This document shows, piece by piece, positions 48,065 to 60,012 of a stretch of DNA of 64,000 bases. Position 1 is the first letter of the stretch. Every line of letters begins with the position of its first letter. Source of the DNA: Tubulanus polymorphus (Eukaryota > Animalia > Nemertea); the NCBI RefSeq assembly GCF_964204645.1, contig NC_134030.1, positions 13,182,957 through 13,246,956 of the forward strand, read 5' to 3'. Made by a program: the position numbers and the translations under genes. The notes below the pieces were generated by a model. The model had not been told where the DNA came from and made no database searches. It was given only the letters and a program-made list of their open reading frames with translations.

Positions 48065-48428
48065 TGTGGGAGTCGAACCCCCCTCAAACGAAACCATTTG
48101 AAATTCCGGTGGAGTTTCGGGAACCATTGTGGGATTCGAACCCACTGCCAACTCCGGTCGTCCCTGTTGAGACATTGCGGGATTCGAACCCGCGAAGTGC
48201 ACGACCATTTGAGATTCCGGAGGAACATCGAGAGCCGTCGTGGGATTCGAACCCACCACTGCACGCTCATGTGTAATACCGGAGGAGTGTCGGGGACCTC
48301 TGTGGGATTCTAACCCACTCGCCATGCAGGTCGACACTGATGGGGCTGCACTACAGCCATTGAGGGGTTCGAACCCTCCACCTTGTGAATTGCCAAAACC
48401 GTCCAGCCAGGATGGGGAATCGAACCTA
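48065..48428 (-). repeat. Array of seven tRNA T-arm/B-box-like hairpins
   Basis: GTGGGATTCGAACCCAC variants near 48065, 48128, 48176, 48239, 48301, 48361 and 48411. Confidence 0.85.
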
Positions 48429-48496
48429 CATCTATTTTTTTGGGTTGGAAATTTTTAAAATGTTATTTTAGATTAGTATTCTTTTAAAGATATACA

Positions 48497-49573
48497 ATGT
48501 CGACAGGGGGGGAGACGACGTACGGTGCGGATGGCTCACGGGAACGATCCGCTGTAAGCAACGACACTGTTCTGCAGGCCCTCTCTGGCCTTCGCGAACA
48601 GGTGGACACAGCCACGGCGTTCATGAATTTCTCTTTGCTCCCTAAATTTACGGGACGAGTTGACCAGTGCGTCTCTGATTGGTTCAAAGGATTTGACCGT
48701 TTGGCCGATCTAAGGGGTTGGAACGATGACGCTAAAAAGAAACAGTTGTATTGGTTTTTGGCTGGCCCGGCCCTAATCTTATTTAATGATCTTCGAATTG
48801 ATCAGGGTATCGATGCGACCGGTAGAAATATTGCCACTCCCTGGGAGCATATTGTTCATGCATTTTGCTTACAATTTAGCCCCACCTCGTGGACCTTGGT
48901 CAAGGAGTCAGCCTTGACGACAATGCGACAGGGGGAAACGCAATCGGTCGATAGGTTTGCGGAAGAGATTGATCGTGTGGCCTCGAGTTTGAAATTTTCG
49001 GACCACCACAAAAAGATGTTACTAATTAACAACTCTCGCCCTGACATCTCTGTCTACTTGTTGTCACAGCGTCCGACGACATTTAGGGATGCATGGGAGG
49101 CAGCCAGAATGGCGGAGCATATCGAACAACGTAAAGCTCTGTCGTCTCCCAAGGTATCGCAAATTGGGACCGAACCAAATAAAGCGATGGGTGACGTTAT
49201 GACTGAGTTACGGGACATGTTCCGCCAAATTATGGACATCCAGAAGTCTACCCGTACTCAGCGGAATGATAGAGCCACATTTTATAGCGAAAGCCGCCCG
49301 TCACAAAGGTCACAGGATGGCCAGGTGGTGTGCTATCAATGTCACGCCCCTGGTCATTACGCCAGGAATTGCCCGACGTGGCGTAACGACCAACAAAGGT
49401 CACCAAACCGGGACGCATTTCAGCGTGATAATCGCCGTCCCCAAAATTGTGGTAGGGGTCAGTTTCGGTCACAGAATCTTGGGCGTGATTCCCAACGGGT
49501 TAATCGAACATTTGGTCAGGGAAACGACGGAGACCTCATCCTATGGACCGATAAGGGTGGGGTCGCGCAATGA
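48497..49573 (+). CDS. gag: Gypsy-type Gag with CCHC knuckle (intact)
   Basis: LPKFTG...WFKGFDRLADLRGW, RQGETQSVDRF, CYQCHAPGHYARNC. Confidence 0.92.
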   Translation: MSTGGETTYGADGSRERSAVSNDTVLQALSGLREQVDTATAFMNFSLLPKFTGRVDQCVSDWFKGFDRLADLRGWNDDAKKKQLYWFLAGPALILFNDLRIDQGIDATGRNIATPWEHIVHAFCLQFSPTSWTLVKESALTTMRQGETQSVDRFAEEIDRVASSLKFSDHHKKMLLINNSRPDISVYLLSQRPTTFRDAWEAARMAEHIEQRKALSSPKVSQIGTEPNKAMGDVMTELRDMFRQIMDIQKSTRTQRNDRATFYSESRPSQRSQDGQVVCYQCHAPGHYARNCPTWRNDQQRSPNRDAFQRDNRRPQNCGRGQFRSQNLGRDSQRVNRTFGQGNDGDLILWTDKGGVAQ

Positions 49574-50630
49574 ATGGTCAACTGAGCCCTCGCCGGACTC
49601 GTTAATAAGGAGTGATTATTGGTGGGATGACACATATTCGGGTTATCATAGTTATGATAATGACAGTCCGGTAATTGATAATTATATTTTTGATGATGAC
49701 GATGATTATTTTGAGGACGATAGGGATGATATATTTGACATGTCATTTGATCAGGGCGACATGCTAGCTGATTCAGTTGACGATTATTTTGGACCTGAGG
49801 AAAATTGTACTGCGTATTACTTTCATGACAATGAGTCTCTGAATTTAGATAGGTTTGCCGGCCATCACACTCCTTCATGGGGTGCTGATGACGTTTATGA
49901 CATTCAAGATCGTAACTTTGGGGATAGCTGGAGGGACAATTCCCAGTTGTCGTAAGATGGAAATTTTTATATGGATCAGGGATCCAATTTTGAGGACATC
50001 TGGAGGGACAATTCCCAGTTGTCGGCTACTTACGAGCATATAAAAAGACACAGGAGGGTTACGTTTAGCGATCCGGTTAAATTGCAGGAGGTACGTGCTG
50101 ATATGGCGTGCTCGGGTGACAATATGAGTATTGATAGGTCACACCCTAGAGGGGTTAATGGTCCGACGGATTCGGCAGAAGATGACCTTTTTAGAGATAG
50201 GAAGTCTGATTTAGATTGTCACGAAGGCGCTTTTGATCAGTATAGGTACCCAGCAACCTCCGAATCAGCAATACAATGTGATCTTGTGTCATCAGATTCA
50301 GGTAGTAGTAATAAGTCACGATCGGAATGTCTTAATGATCAGAGTAATATGGAAACTATTTTGTCAAAGATATCTAGTCAGGAGTCAATGTCGGAGAATT
50401 TGTGTCACTCGTTTGAAAGAGGAAAGAACTTTCCTGTCACCTCAAATGCCAGCAGTTTTCACCATCCGGTTGGGAATGGAATGTCCCATGAACAGGATAG
50501 AGGTCAAGTTGTTCTCACGTCTAAACCGAATATGCCAATCAACGAAAATGTTGGGATAGGAGATTCGAACTCCGATTGTCAACCAACTGTTCACTGTCAG
50601 GAACAACTTCCACCTGTTACGATGACTTAA
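49570..50630 (+). other. Acidic/Ser-rich low-complexity ORF region in place of pol (ORFs ending at 49955 and 49971-50630, same frame, separated by one TAA)
   Basis: DDDDDYFEDDRDDIFD; repeated WRDNSQLS; no protease, RT or integrase motif seen. Confidence 0.5.
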
Positions 50631-50750
50631 GGTAACACGTCAACCAACGACATAGGGTCCTTTTCCTTTTAGGTTAGGTATCAGCGGGATATTCACGAGT
50701 TGGTTTAAATTCAAAATTTCGGGACGAAATTTAAACTGGATAGGGATTGT

Positions 50751-52011
50751 TGATCCACAGCTCGATTTTCGTAGTATTTTAAAATGTTTCGTAGTATTTA
50801 GAAATGTTCTTAATGTTGTTTCCGTATGCGTGGGGGTTACGTTAAGGCCGTCAGACAAGAACGTACTAGTAGTAAGAATTACGAAAGTTCTTGTTTGATG
50901 CTTTCATCTACCAACGCAAACCATAAATCAGTCTATAAACAACAATTCTTTCTCGGTTCTTCTGCTGTGAGATCTGGCAAACATTCAGAAAATCTTTATA
51001 TAAAACTTTTAAATAGTTGGAACCATATTTGGTTGGGTCGGAACAATGGAGTGAATTTATAATGAGGCTCGTGAAGGGATCACGCTGATACTTGATGATA
51101 TTCCCGGCTACTTTCCGTAAAAGGAAAAACCGGAAGTTTAGGAAGATGTGGTTGTTTTGCTTATCCTGTATTAAAATAGAATTAGTTAAATTGTAGATAA
51201 AATAATTAGTATAAGTATTTCAAATAATTTAAGAATTGATAATCAATCACAATGTATTCCGAATCGTAGTTAATTATAATAATTAAAAAAGAAACAATGA
51301 ATTTGTACTGTAATTAGAAAAGAAAACAAAGTTTTGAAAAGATATTTAATTTGAGTAATCTAGATGTTGTTTAAGAACAAATTGTTAATAATCGCTAATG
51401 TTTTAGAAAAATTAATTTGTGTTAAATGTTAAAACTAGCTGTCTGAAGTTTCTGTTGTCTGTATGCGCTCGTTGGTAATTCACAGACAATAGCTGCTCTC
51501 TCAACAACGACTAGCAAGGAGTGAGTAAATCACAACGCGTCATGACAGGAGGGTTGGAAGGAAAAAGTTAGTTTAGCAAATCAGTTTTGAAAATAATTTT
51601 AGATCAGCGAATCATTAAGGCCAAATTCTATATGACCAAAACAGTCATGACAGTAAGGTTGCTGCTCCTTGCCAAAAGTCGAGTGGGAGAGTCGGTATTT
51701 TAAGAATGCCGATTCTTTCTATAAAAGGGCCCGCATCTTGAGAGAGCAGTCACTCGGGAGAATCTGTACCTTAGTAAGACGAGTGTCGACAGCAGGACAG
51801 GTGAAGCTTCGGAACGATAGGGATTCATATACAATAGGGATTAGGAAAATCATTCTTTGTTCAAGGTAAAGAAAATATATTATCTTCAATATTATCATAC
51901 GGTATTTCAATTTATTCATTCGGATTTGTGCACGGACACGTTCTCTCGCCAGGGCCTTACTCAAGTATTTTATAGATAACGATTAAAGAGAGGATTGTGA
52001 CCGGTGTATCA
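50751..52011 (+). repeat. 3' LTR of element A
   Basis: Direct repeat with an extra 20-bp tandem unit near its start; followed by the TSD ATAC. Confidence 0.95.
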
Positions 52012-53751
52012 ATACCTTTAAGAGTGTTTCTAGCAATGTGTGTTGTGTGTATGAATGCGAGAATGTGAGTGTATGTGGTGAGGGATTTTAGACTAGTATA
52101 AGCCTTACTGGCTTTTCTTCAATTCCTCGCACAAATCATTGTTTAACTGACTATATTTCATGTAATAACTATTATGTTCTGTTATAATCACTGTATCAAT
52201 TGTTTATGCAAAATAAATCAAATCATATCAAAATATTTATACCCGGTATTTGCTTTTTAAAATATACATTTAAAACAAAACATACCTTCATCATAAGCTT
52301 ACGGTAAGGTACGAAACGATATGATCATCAAGAAGAACAGCACCTGTATAACGAACCAAGTAAATTACCCGTACTTAATACTTCGCAACCACTTTGTAAT
52401 TGTGTAAATATCTCGCCTAATCTAGAATCATTTCTTGGCATATTTTATTTGCGCCTCGGAAATAAAGCTTCGCGGCAATATCATATAAATTCCACAGTTA
52501 TTGCGCCTGCTAGGATTCATGGATATTTATGTCAGGCTACTAAAAGCTGAATACGAATCAACACAGAATCCTGCGAGATTGTGTTGATTGTACATACGCA
52601 CTACGCGGAGATTGTAAACACGAACTGTTCTCAAATTTTGCCTGCAATAACCTAAATTCTATGTAGTTTAAATATTACCATTAAAAGTCAGCACGATATA
52701 ACAAACACACCGAAAATCAAACTGACTAGAATAAATAAAACTAACCGCATGTTTGTAAATATCGCTAGGTGAAAAACTTTACACTATTCAATTATTGATA
52801 TTAGCCGCGTTCACACGACGACTACGTAGTTAGACCGGTCTAAATGTGTCCGTACCTGGTCCGGTCCAAATATAGACCGGTCCAAATGTTGGTGAACATT
52901 CACACGCGTTGATAAAGTCGCTTGTCACAAGATGTCGCCATCCCTGTCTGCAGACGCCCTGTCTCGCATCCCTATACAGGGTGTCTAAGAAAATGTGCTA
53001 CCCTTTGCCTTAAGGTTATTAATTCATTAACTGTGATTTTAAATATTATGTTGGGAGGTATAATTGGTAGACCTGGATGTTTACTTGAGAATGAAATGTT
53101 CAAATGCAAAAATAAATCATGCATGGCTGAGCACTAGCATGTTTATGAACTGCCATTAAAATGGTGTCGAACCAAATTTGCGGATTGTTCCGTTGCGTCC
53201 GTCTATTGTTAATGACCACGTACCTGTTGGAAATATGATTTAAAATCACAAAATCATTGAATTCACTCCTTGTGACTTTTTCCTGTCGGAAAATGTAAAA
53301 ACCAAGTAATTCAAAAGACGATCAGCAGGAATACAGGATTTAGTGTCCAGAAAGTAAAAGATTTCGAGAAATACTGAATCTGATGTACCGTATCAAAATT
53401 CGACGTTGAGCTTAACTGTGCATTGGTAAAATGGTGATGATATTGAACAAGTCCCAGAGAAGCTAAATTAGTAATGAGTACCAACAATTTTAACAAGTAG
53501 AAATCTGCTCCAGTTGATTTAATTTTCTGGTCTCTAATTATATGAAGTGTAAGCGGAACAATTATCAATAAACGTATATAATGCAATAATCCTTGTTTCT
53601 TGTATTGGTTCGACTCCATTTTGATAAATATTACAATCTTCAGATTATTTTATTTTTTCACTCATGAAATGTTTTTTTCTACCCATTGATCTATCATTTT
53701 CATTCCTTGACAAAATATTCCATTTGCAATGCCTTCATTTGTTATTTCTAC

Positions 53752-54275
53752 TTATGATATTTCAGGATTATAATAATTATCAACTTTTATTGCACCATTA
53801 GAATATATTGTGGTAAACAATATTATTATACCTTCAATAGATCTCCTTGGAAAGTTAATATTTTCATTAATTATTTCATCACTTGCATTGATAGTTACAG
53901 TTTTAGATTTATCTATATAATCATATAATAATGTAAATCCTTGATTATATCGAGTTTGAATTGTGCTAGCAATATTTTCATTAGTTACTGTATCATATTC
54001 TAAACATATATTTGATAATTTATAACCCATATCCTTATGAACTCTGGGTATATTACAATTCATTTACAGGTGCAAAAGTTATTTCAAATATAATATTTTC
54101 TTGAATTGCACATTTATATAAAGGTGCATTATTACTTATTAATTCAAAATGTAGTGGAATTTTATAATTACTTCCATAAATCTCTTTTATCAAATTATCC
54201 GCGTCATTAGTTGCTATTGCATTATTAGCTTTTGGTCCTATTCATTTTCTGTGTGAATTCCTTGAAATATCATAT
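53752..54275 (-). pseudogene. Isolated, diverged fragment of the Polinton major capsid gene
   Basis: KDMGYKLSNICLEYD...NINFPRRSI...YYNPEI matches about 20240-20770. Confidence 0.9.
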
Positions 54276-54278
54276 TTT

Positions 54279-54362
54279 TAGGGTTTTCTGTTTCTTCACA
54301 GAAAACCCTATTGAGATTCGCGTGATTATTATTAGGGTTTCTGCTGCTTTCGCAGAAGCCCT
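54279..54362. repeat. Two short palindromes (AGGGTTTTCTG...CAGAAAACCCT), possibly the end of a Helentron/HINE-like element
   Basis: Hairpins at 54279-54310 and about 54333-54362 abut the capsid fragment; the family call is tentative. Confidence 0.35.
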
Positions 54363-56238
54363 GTAATTCTGTTGGAGAAGAATCAGATTCGACCACTAAC
54401 AGCTTATAAACGTAATTTTGAATTCTGTCAGAAATATAACTCAGCGCCTGACCATTTCGAATTTGTGTATAGTAATTTATTATGAATTAATCCCGTGTAA
54501 TTACTGGGTCTAAACAGCGACAGGAAACACGCAATGCATTATAATCCATTGATATAAGTACATCCCGAAAAGCCTTCAAATTACCGGACGACCTCGAGCG
54601 TCAAACCCAACCGTAAATTACGGATTCAGACTTACAATTAGTCCGGATCCGTCAATTACCGCGAACAATATACAGCCAACATGGGGGATGGTTGAAATCA
54701 TTTTCAGCTTAAATATATCGCAAATTTATGGCGAGTTTTAGGACTTTAACGAACTACGATCCCTAAAATGAGTCAATTGATTAATTCTATTCGTAGATCG
54801 ATTTACGTTGGCCTCATTTCCTGAAGATTTCTGGCTCAGATCAACGAACTTTCAGATGGACTGAAATGGTAGGGATTTTCGTATGGAATTTTACTTCCGC
54901 GTTCACTTGACGACTCGGATCGATGACAATGACAGCAGAGTTTATGAAATTTAAGAATATGAGAATCCATTAACCAGGGAATGTCAGATATGATTTCTTG
55001 GTCTATAACTGCAGTTAAGGTCACCTTTCCACTCGGTGGTGCTATGATATGAGTACATATGGCAGCTAATGAGTATTCGGCGAAGCAATGATCACCAATG
55101 ATCGTCTAGCTTTTTTGGGGGATACGTATAGAATAGATTTAGGCCCTTAATGTAGTGTGTAAAACCAGTGGAGAGCCTAAGTAGTTAGTAAGGGGCTGGT
55201 TTACACTCATGTATACGACTGTTTATTTCGATTACTTTCTTTCCGGCTATTCATCGTGGAATGAACTGGTCACTACGGTCTTCAATTTATTTTATTCATT
55301 TGCGGATTCTTGCAGCTAGGGGGAATATATTTAAACCACAGTGTGCAAGTGTACGTTTCAGATAAAGCTTTTTTGTCATTGACAGTCAAAGCCGTAACTT
55401 ATGCGCAACTGTCTTAGATGCTGTAAGTACTTGACGTTTTGTCTAATTGTTTTTTTTTCTAATGCTATAGTTAAAAAATATTTGGATTAGTAATCGTGAT
55501 AACGTACATGCAGAATTGGATTCATAGTTATTATGGGATGATACTTCATGGGCATCAAGAGTCCTACGGAAGCTTTTTAAAGTTTATCAGACACTAGTTT
55601 TGGAGAAAACCGAATAGCCCTTTAAATACCAATTCCAAATGGCTTAATTTTGTCTATGCTCTGCAAGACAGTAGTTATAGCTTTTTAACGCACGATCTTA
55701 ATCGGTCTCCTTAGATTTCTATTATACTTACTTTCGCTCATCTATGATAGTTTATAACTGAGTAATTATTACATTTGATTGCTTAATTACAGGTGGGAAG
55801 AGGTCAGATGGCATGAAAATCGACTGTGGCTGACTAATTGACGCGCGCAGATAAAGCGTTGAGGTTCCAAAAGATGTCGCCAATATGCTTGTATCATCGG
55901 AGGTAGACACATTATCCGAGGATAAATGAAAACTCCACCTTGTTGTTCGTCAGTTGATTTTGCTGTAATTATTTCGTCTGGATAAATTGACACATAATTC
56001 ATTTCAAAATCTGTGTTCAGTAGAATTTCTTTCAATAAAAAAAGAATCTATTTGACTATTTTTTGACTAATGTATTAAGGAGTGAATTTGAATTGATCTC
56101 AAAACCAGAGAAAGCATTCTTCAAAAATTTTGAAAATCATAGACTCATAATCAAATTATGTGAAGTCATTTAAGGTCTTTTGCTCGAATCAAGCCAACCC
56201 TCGCCAGGTGGCTAAAATTTAATTCCTCACCGTCCTAT

Positions 56239-57004
56239 TGTTATGATAGCCAATTTTTATATTTATAAAACATGCATAGATCAATAGCAGTTGTATGTTC
56301 ATAATGCATACAACTCTATTCACTAGGAAATCCAGAACGGGCATGTTTTACTAATGGGTTTTTCAATGTGTATTTGTTATTGTTTACTAGGAATTCATAA
56401 ACGGGCAAGTTTTGGCTTTACGATCAGTTAATGTTATTTGCCTTTGTTACTGGTTCAGTTTATGTCTCGGATTAATTAGAAATATTTTGGAGTTAGTTTT
56501 CGAGACAATAGTAATAATCCTAAGGGATTAGTCAAGTGTCAACGTCTACATGTTTGGAAACCGAGACAGCTCCGGGCTTGTTTCTTAACCAGGTTGCTAA
56601 GAACATTAATTCTTGGGGGCCTGGTGGGCGAATCAGGTCCCGAGGTTAGTCGTCGGCCCTCCCCAAATGCGGTGGCGTTGGTCACATAGTTCATTGGAAA
56701 CCGAATTTTGGATATTATAAAAATAAGAGACATAGCTGAACTAGTCGGAGAGCACCTGGGAAACCAAGAGGGGAAGGACCACCGTAAGAAACTAGAAACA
56801 GAAATTGTAAAAGGTGTCGATACATAGGAAAGACGAAACTGATATAGTAAATAGTTGTGAGTATTTAGAATTCGAAGTATATACATCTTAGTCGTTTATT
56901 TATTTTTGGTCTCTCGGGTCAAATTCAGTTTGCGTCGTTGTGCGGAGCTGAGGAAGGATACGCTCTCCCACGCTATTTCGGTTCCTTCTTCGGGCAGCAT
57001 AACA
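56239..57004 (+). repeat. 5' LTR of element B
   Basis: Direct repeat of 61990-62753 with scattered substitutions. Confidence 0.95.
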
Positions 57005-57926
57005 GATTTGGTGCCGAAACCCGGGACCTTTAGTTATTTTTCTATTCAGTCAGATAGTTAGATAAGATTATTTACTTAAAGTTTAAAGAATGGTTAATTG
57101 TTTATTAGAGAATGAATACTTTGATTAATCAGTGATTATGGTATAGCGATTTATTATTTTAATTAATGATTTGATTAGGATTGACTTTATTTATTGCTGG
57201 TTTAAGCATATTTCTTAATTAGGAATTGAATTCTATTACTACTGGTTTAATATAAATTATTTTTTAGTTTATTTTTTATTGATATGGGTAGCTATATGCA
57301 CCGCAATAGAAGGTTTTTAAAAATACATATAGTTACCTATTGTGATGATATTTTGATATATGTCACCGAGGTTGTCGCTCAGTACTGAATATTTTATTAA
57401 TTAAAGGTTTAGGTAGTACGAAGAGTTGAACAGTCAAACTAATGTTCCGATGCTGATGGAAAATTCCAGTATTTTGGAATAATTAAATAGTTAACGATAG
57501 ATTCCAATATTGATGTGATATTCCAATATTGATGGTGACATTCTAGTACTGACGGGAAATTCCGATACTGAGGAGAAGGGATATGATTTAAATGAAATCC
57601 AATATCGATGATTTTGTTTCCGATATTGTTGGGTATAGTGTTGATAACTGATATCAGTACTGAATTATAGATTAAGATATAGTATTTTCGGTAGTAAAGC
57701 TACGCGAAATAATTTACGATGGTGTAGAAATCAATCCCATATTGGGGATAATAGGTTTATAGAAAGGTTTATAAGAATCTGTGTCGAAACTGTAATTGCA
57801 TAGATTTTGAATTGCAGCCACTATTAGCGTTGCGGTTATCTTTAGGAACGCTCTGGTTTTTCATATCCTGTTTTTACTCCGTTTTTTTATATATTTTCTT
57901 TTCTCCGAGTTAATTTATAATTCAAT

Positions 57927-58960
57927 ATGCCGCCACCAAGTACTAGGAGTCAGACGGCTCATGAGGATATTGACGACCCGCAGAGTCCGACAGCGGGGGC
58001 TGGTTCGTCGACGGGGACGAGCATGTCGGAAAGAGATATACTCCTCCTGATCGCCGAACGACTGGGTAGTTCGACAAACCTTCTCCATCCCGAAATGTTC
58101 AGGTAGACCAAATCGGAGTGACATTTCGCAATGGTTGCGAACGTATGACAATGTAGCTAAAGCGAGAGATTGGACGGACGACCAATGTAAAAATTTCATG
58201 TTCCAATATTTGGAGGGTCCGGCTAGACGGTTCTATGACGATTTAGTCATAGATCGATCTACAAAATTTGCTAGTATTATCAATTCTTTTAGGGACCACT
58301 TTGAGTCGGACAGTCTGCGACTCCGAGAGGAGACTGACTTCTCCGGACTTCGGCAGAAGAAAGGGGAGTCAGTCGATGATTATTCGGAGCGAGTGGACCG
58401 ACTGGCTCACAAATTACAAAAATCGGACCGAGACAAATTGGTCGTCTTTCTCAACGGGCTGGACAATGCGATCAGGAAGGACGTGATGATGATGAGGCCC
58501 GACAAGTTTTCGATTGCAGTCGAGCACGCGAGGACTGCCGAGCAGTGGACTGATCGAGATCTGACAAAACCGACAGTGAACCAGACCTCCGCAACTGATA
58601 CGTCACTCCTCAAGACCATGGAGGAGATAAAAGGAATGTTCTCTCAGTTCTTACGGCTGAGAGAGCCTAGTGACAGGGGTGAGAGGCAAGCACAGAGACC
58701 TATGAGAGGTGATCGACGGGGGGACACGTTCACTCGACAATCCCCAGGTCGAAATCGCAGCGCCCCTCGATGGCAAGATGCGATACCTCGTTACGACCAA
58801 AACCCCACGCTTTGAGCCTCGACGTTCTTACCCGGCTAGGAGAGAAAGAAATCTCGCGGGGCACAATAATTGTTTCAGGTGTGGTCAACCGGGTCACTAT
58901 GGGAAATTCTGTCCATTTACGCCAGATACGGGTCGACAGTACGGATACAGAGAGCCATAA
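57927..58960 (+). pseudogene. gag: Gypsy Gag, frameshifted
   Basis: MPPPSTRSQ start; ISQWLRTYD...LEGPARRFY...LRQKKGESVDDY; knuckle CFRCGQPGHYGKFC in a shifted frame. Confidence 0.88.
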
Positions 58961-59359
58961 GAGGGGAGGACATATCCGCGGTCGCCACAACATCCGCCGT
59001 AACAACAGCCGCTGCCACCCATGCAAGGTCAAAGGGGAGATCAACAGCAGCCGGGAAATGGTTCCGGTCGTCACCATTAGGATGGCGCGATGACGGCCTC
59101 GATGTACCCAGTTATCCCCGGCCATCCAATGTATCCCTACGAGGCCAACGAGCTCTATTAAGAACACCCCAAGACAAGCCACGCGCACACCCAGTCACCA
59201 TCGAACGACAATTCACCCAGCCTTTGCCTGAGGAGAGAGTGAGGGACCCTCAAGGGTCACTGAGAGGACGTACTCCGACAGACAAGGAGATAGACCGTCC
59301 GTTGCCGACTAGAGGTTTCGACAAACAAAGAACGTCTGGCGACAAGCATTACACGCCAC

Positions 59360-60012
59360 CTATTCTTGTATCCGTGGCTAACCGTGTAACGGGTACCCAT
59401 GCGGGAAATACATTGTCAGTTTTGGTCGATACCGGTGCTGAAATAAGCGTCCTGAATGAGGCCTGGTATCGCCAAAACCCATCAATAGCCATGGGTCCCG
59501 TAACACAGGGTCAGTTCATGGAGGCGAGAGCGGTGGATGGTGAGACATTTGAGTTGAAAGGCGTTGTGCCGGCAAATTTTAAAATTGGTGAGTATGACGT
59601 TCGTCACTCTATGTACTTGGTCCCAGGAATCGATACTCATATTATTTTAGGTTCCGACTTTTTGCGCTCTAACAACGCAAGTATTAATTACGGATCGAAT
59701 TTTCTCGAGCTACCGGGAGCAAGTCCAATTCATTTTACTAACAATGTAGATTTAAATAAAACAACTTCGGTTCAAAGCACGACCAATCCAATTATTCCAC
59801 CCATTTCTGAAAAGATTGTCGATGCACATTGTTCACAGGCCCTAGTCGAAAAAACTAACAGCAAAAAGGCTGTATTTGAATTTTCACACCAGTTACGTGA
59901 AAGGAAAGTCGGGGAACCACGGCTGCAATATCAATTTCATCGATTAATATTCACGCAAGTTCTACTAATCTCACACCACGGTTCGTTAATATTCACGAAA
60001 GGTCATATTTAG
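59360..60012 (+). CDS. Retropepsin-like aspartic protease; pol truncated afterwards
   Basis: VLVDTGAEISVL and IILGSDFL within ORF 58870-60012. Confidence 0.88.

Larger units (their letters stand above)
46626..52011 (+). mobile_element. Young non-autonomous Gypsy-type LTR element A (gag plus acidic ORF, no pol)
   Basis: LTRs 46626-47866 and 50751-52011 (TG...CA, near-identical), TSD ATAC, tRNA-Phe PBS, AATTTCGGGACGAAATT plus a purine-rich tract before the 3' LTR. Confidence 0.95.

Noticed and set aside
48065-48428. CRISPR array (palindromic repeats with variable spacers)
   Set aside because: Repeats are short, degenerate tRNA T-arm-like motifs; spacers are related to each other; no cas genes; located inside a eukaryotic LTR element.
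52974-53620. Tc1/mariner element (TA-CAGGGTGT start)
   Set aside because: No matching second TIR or convincing transposase motif was found.
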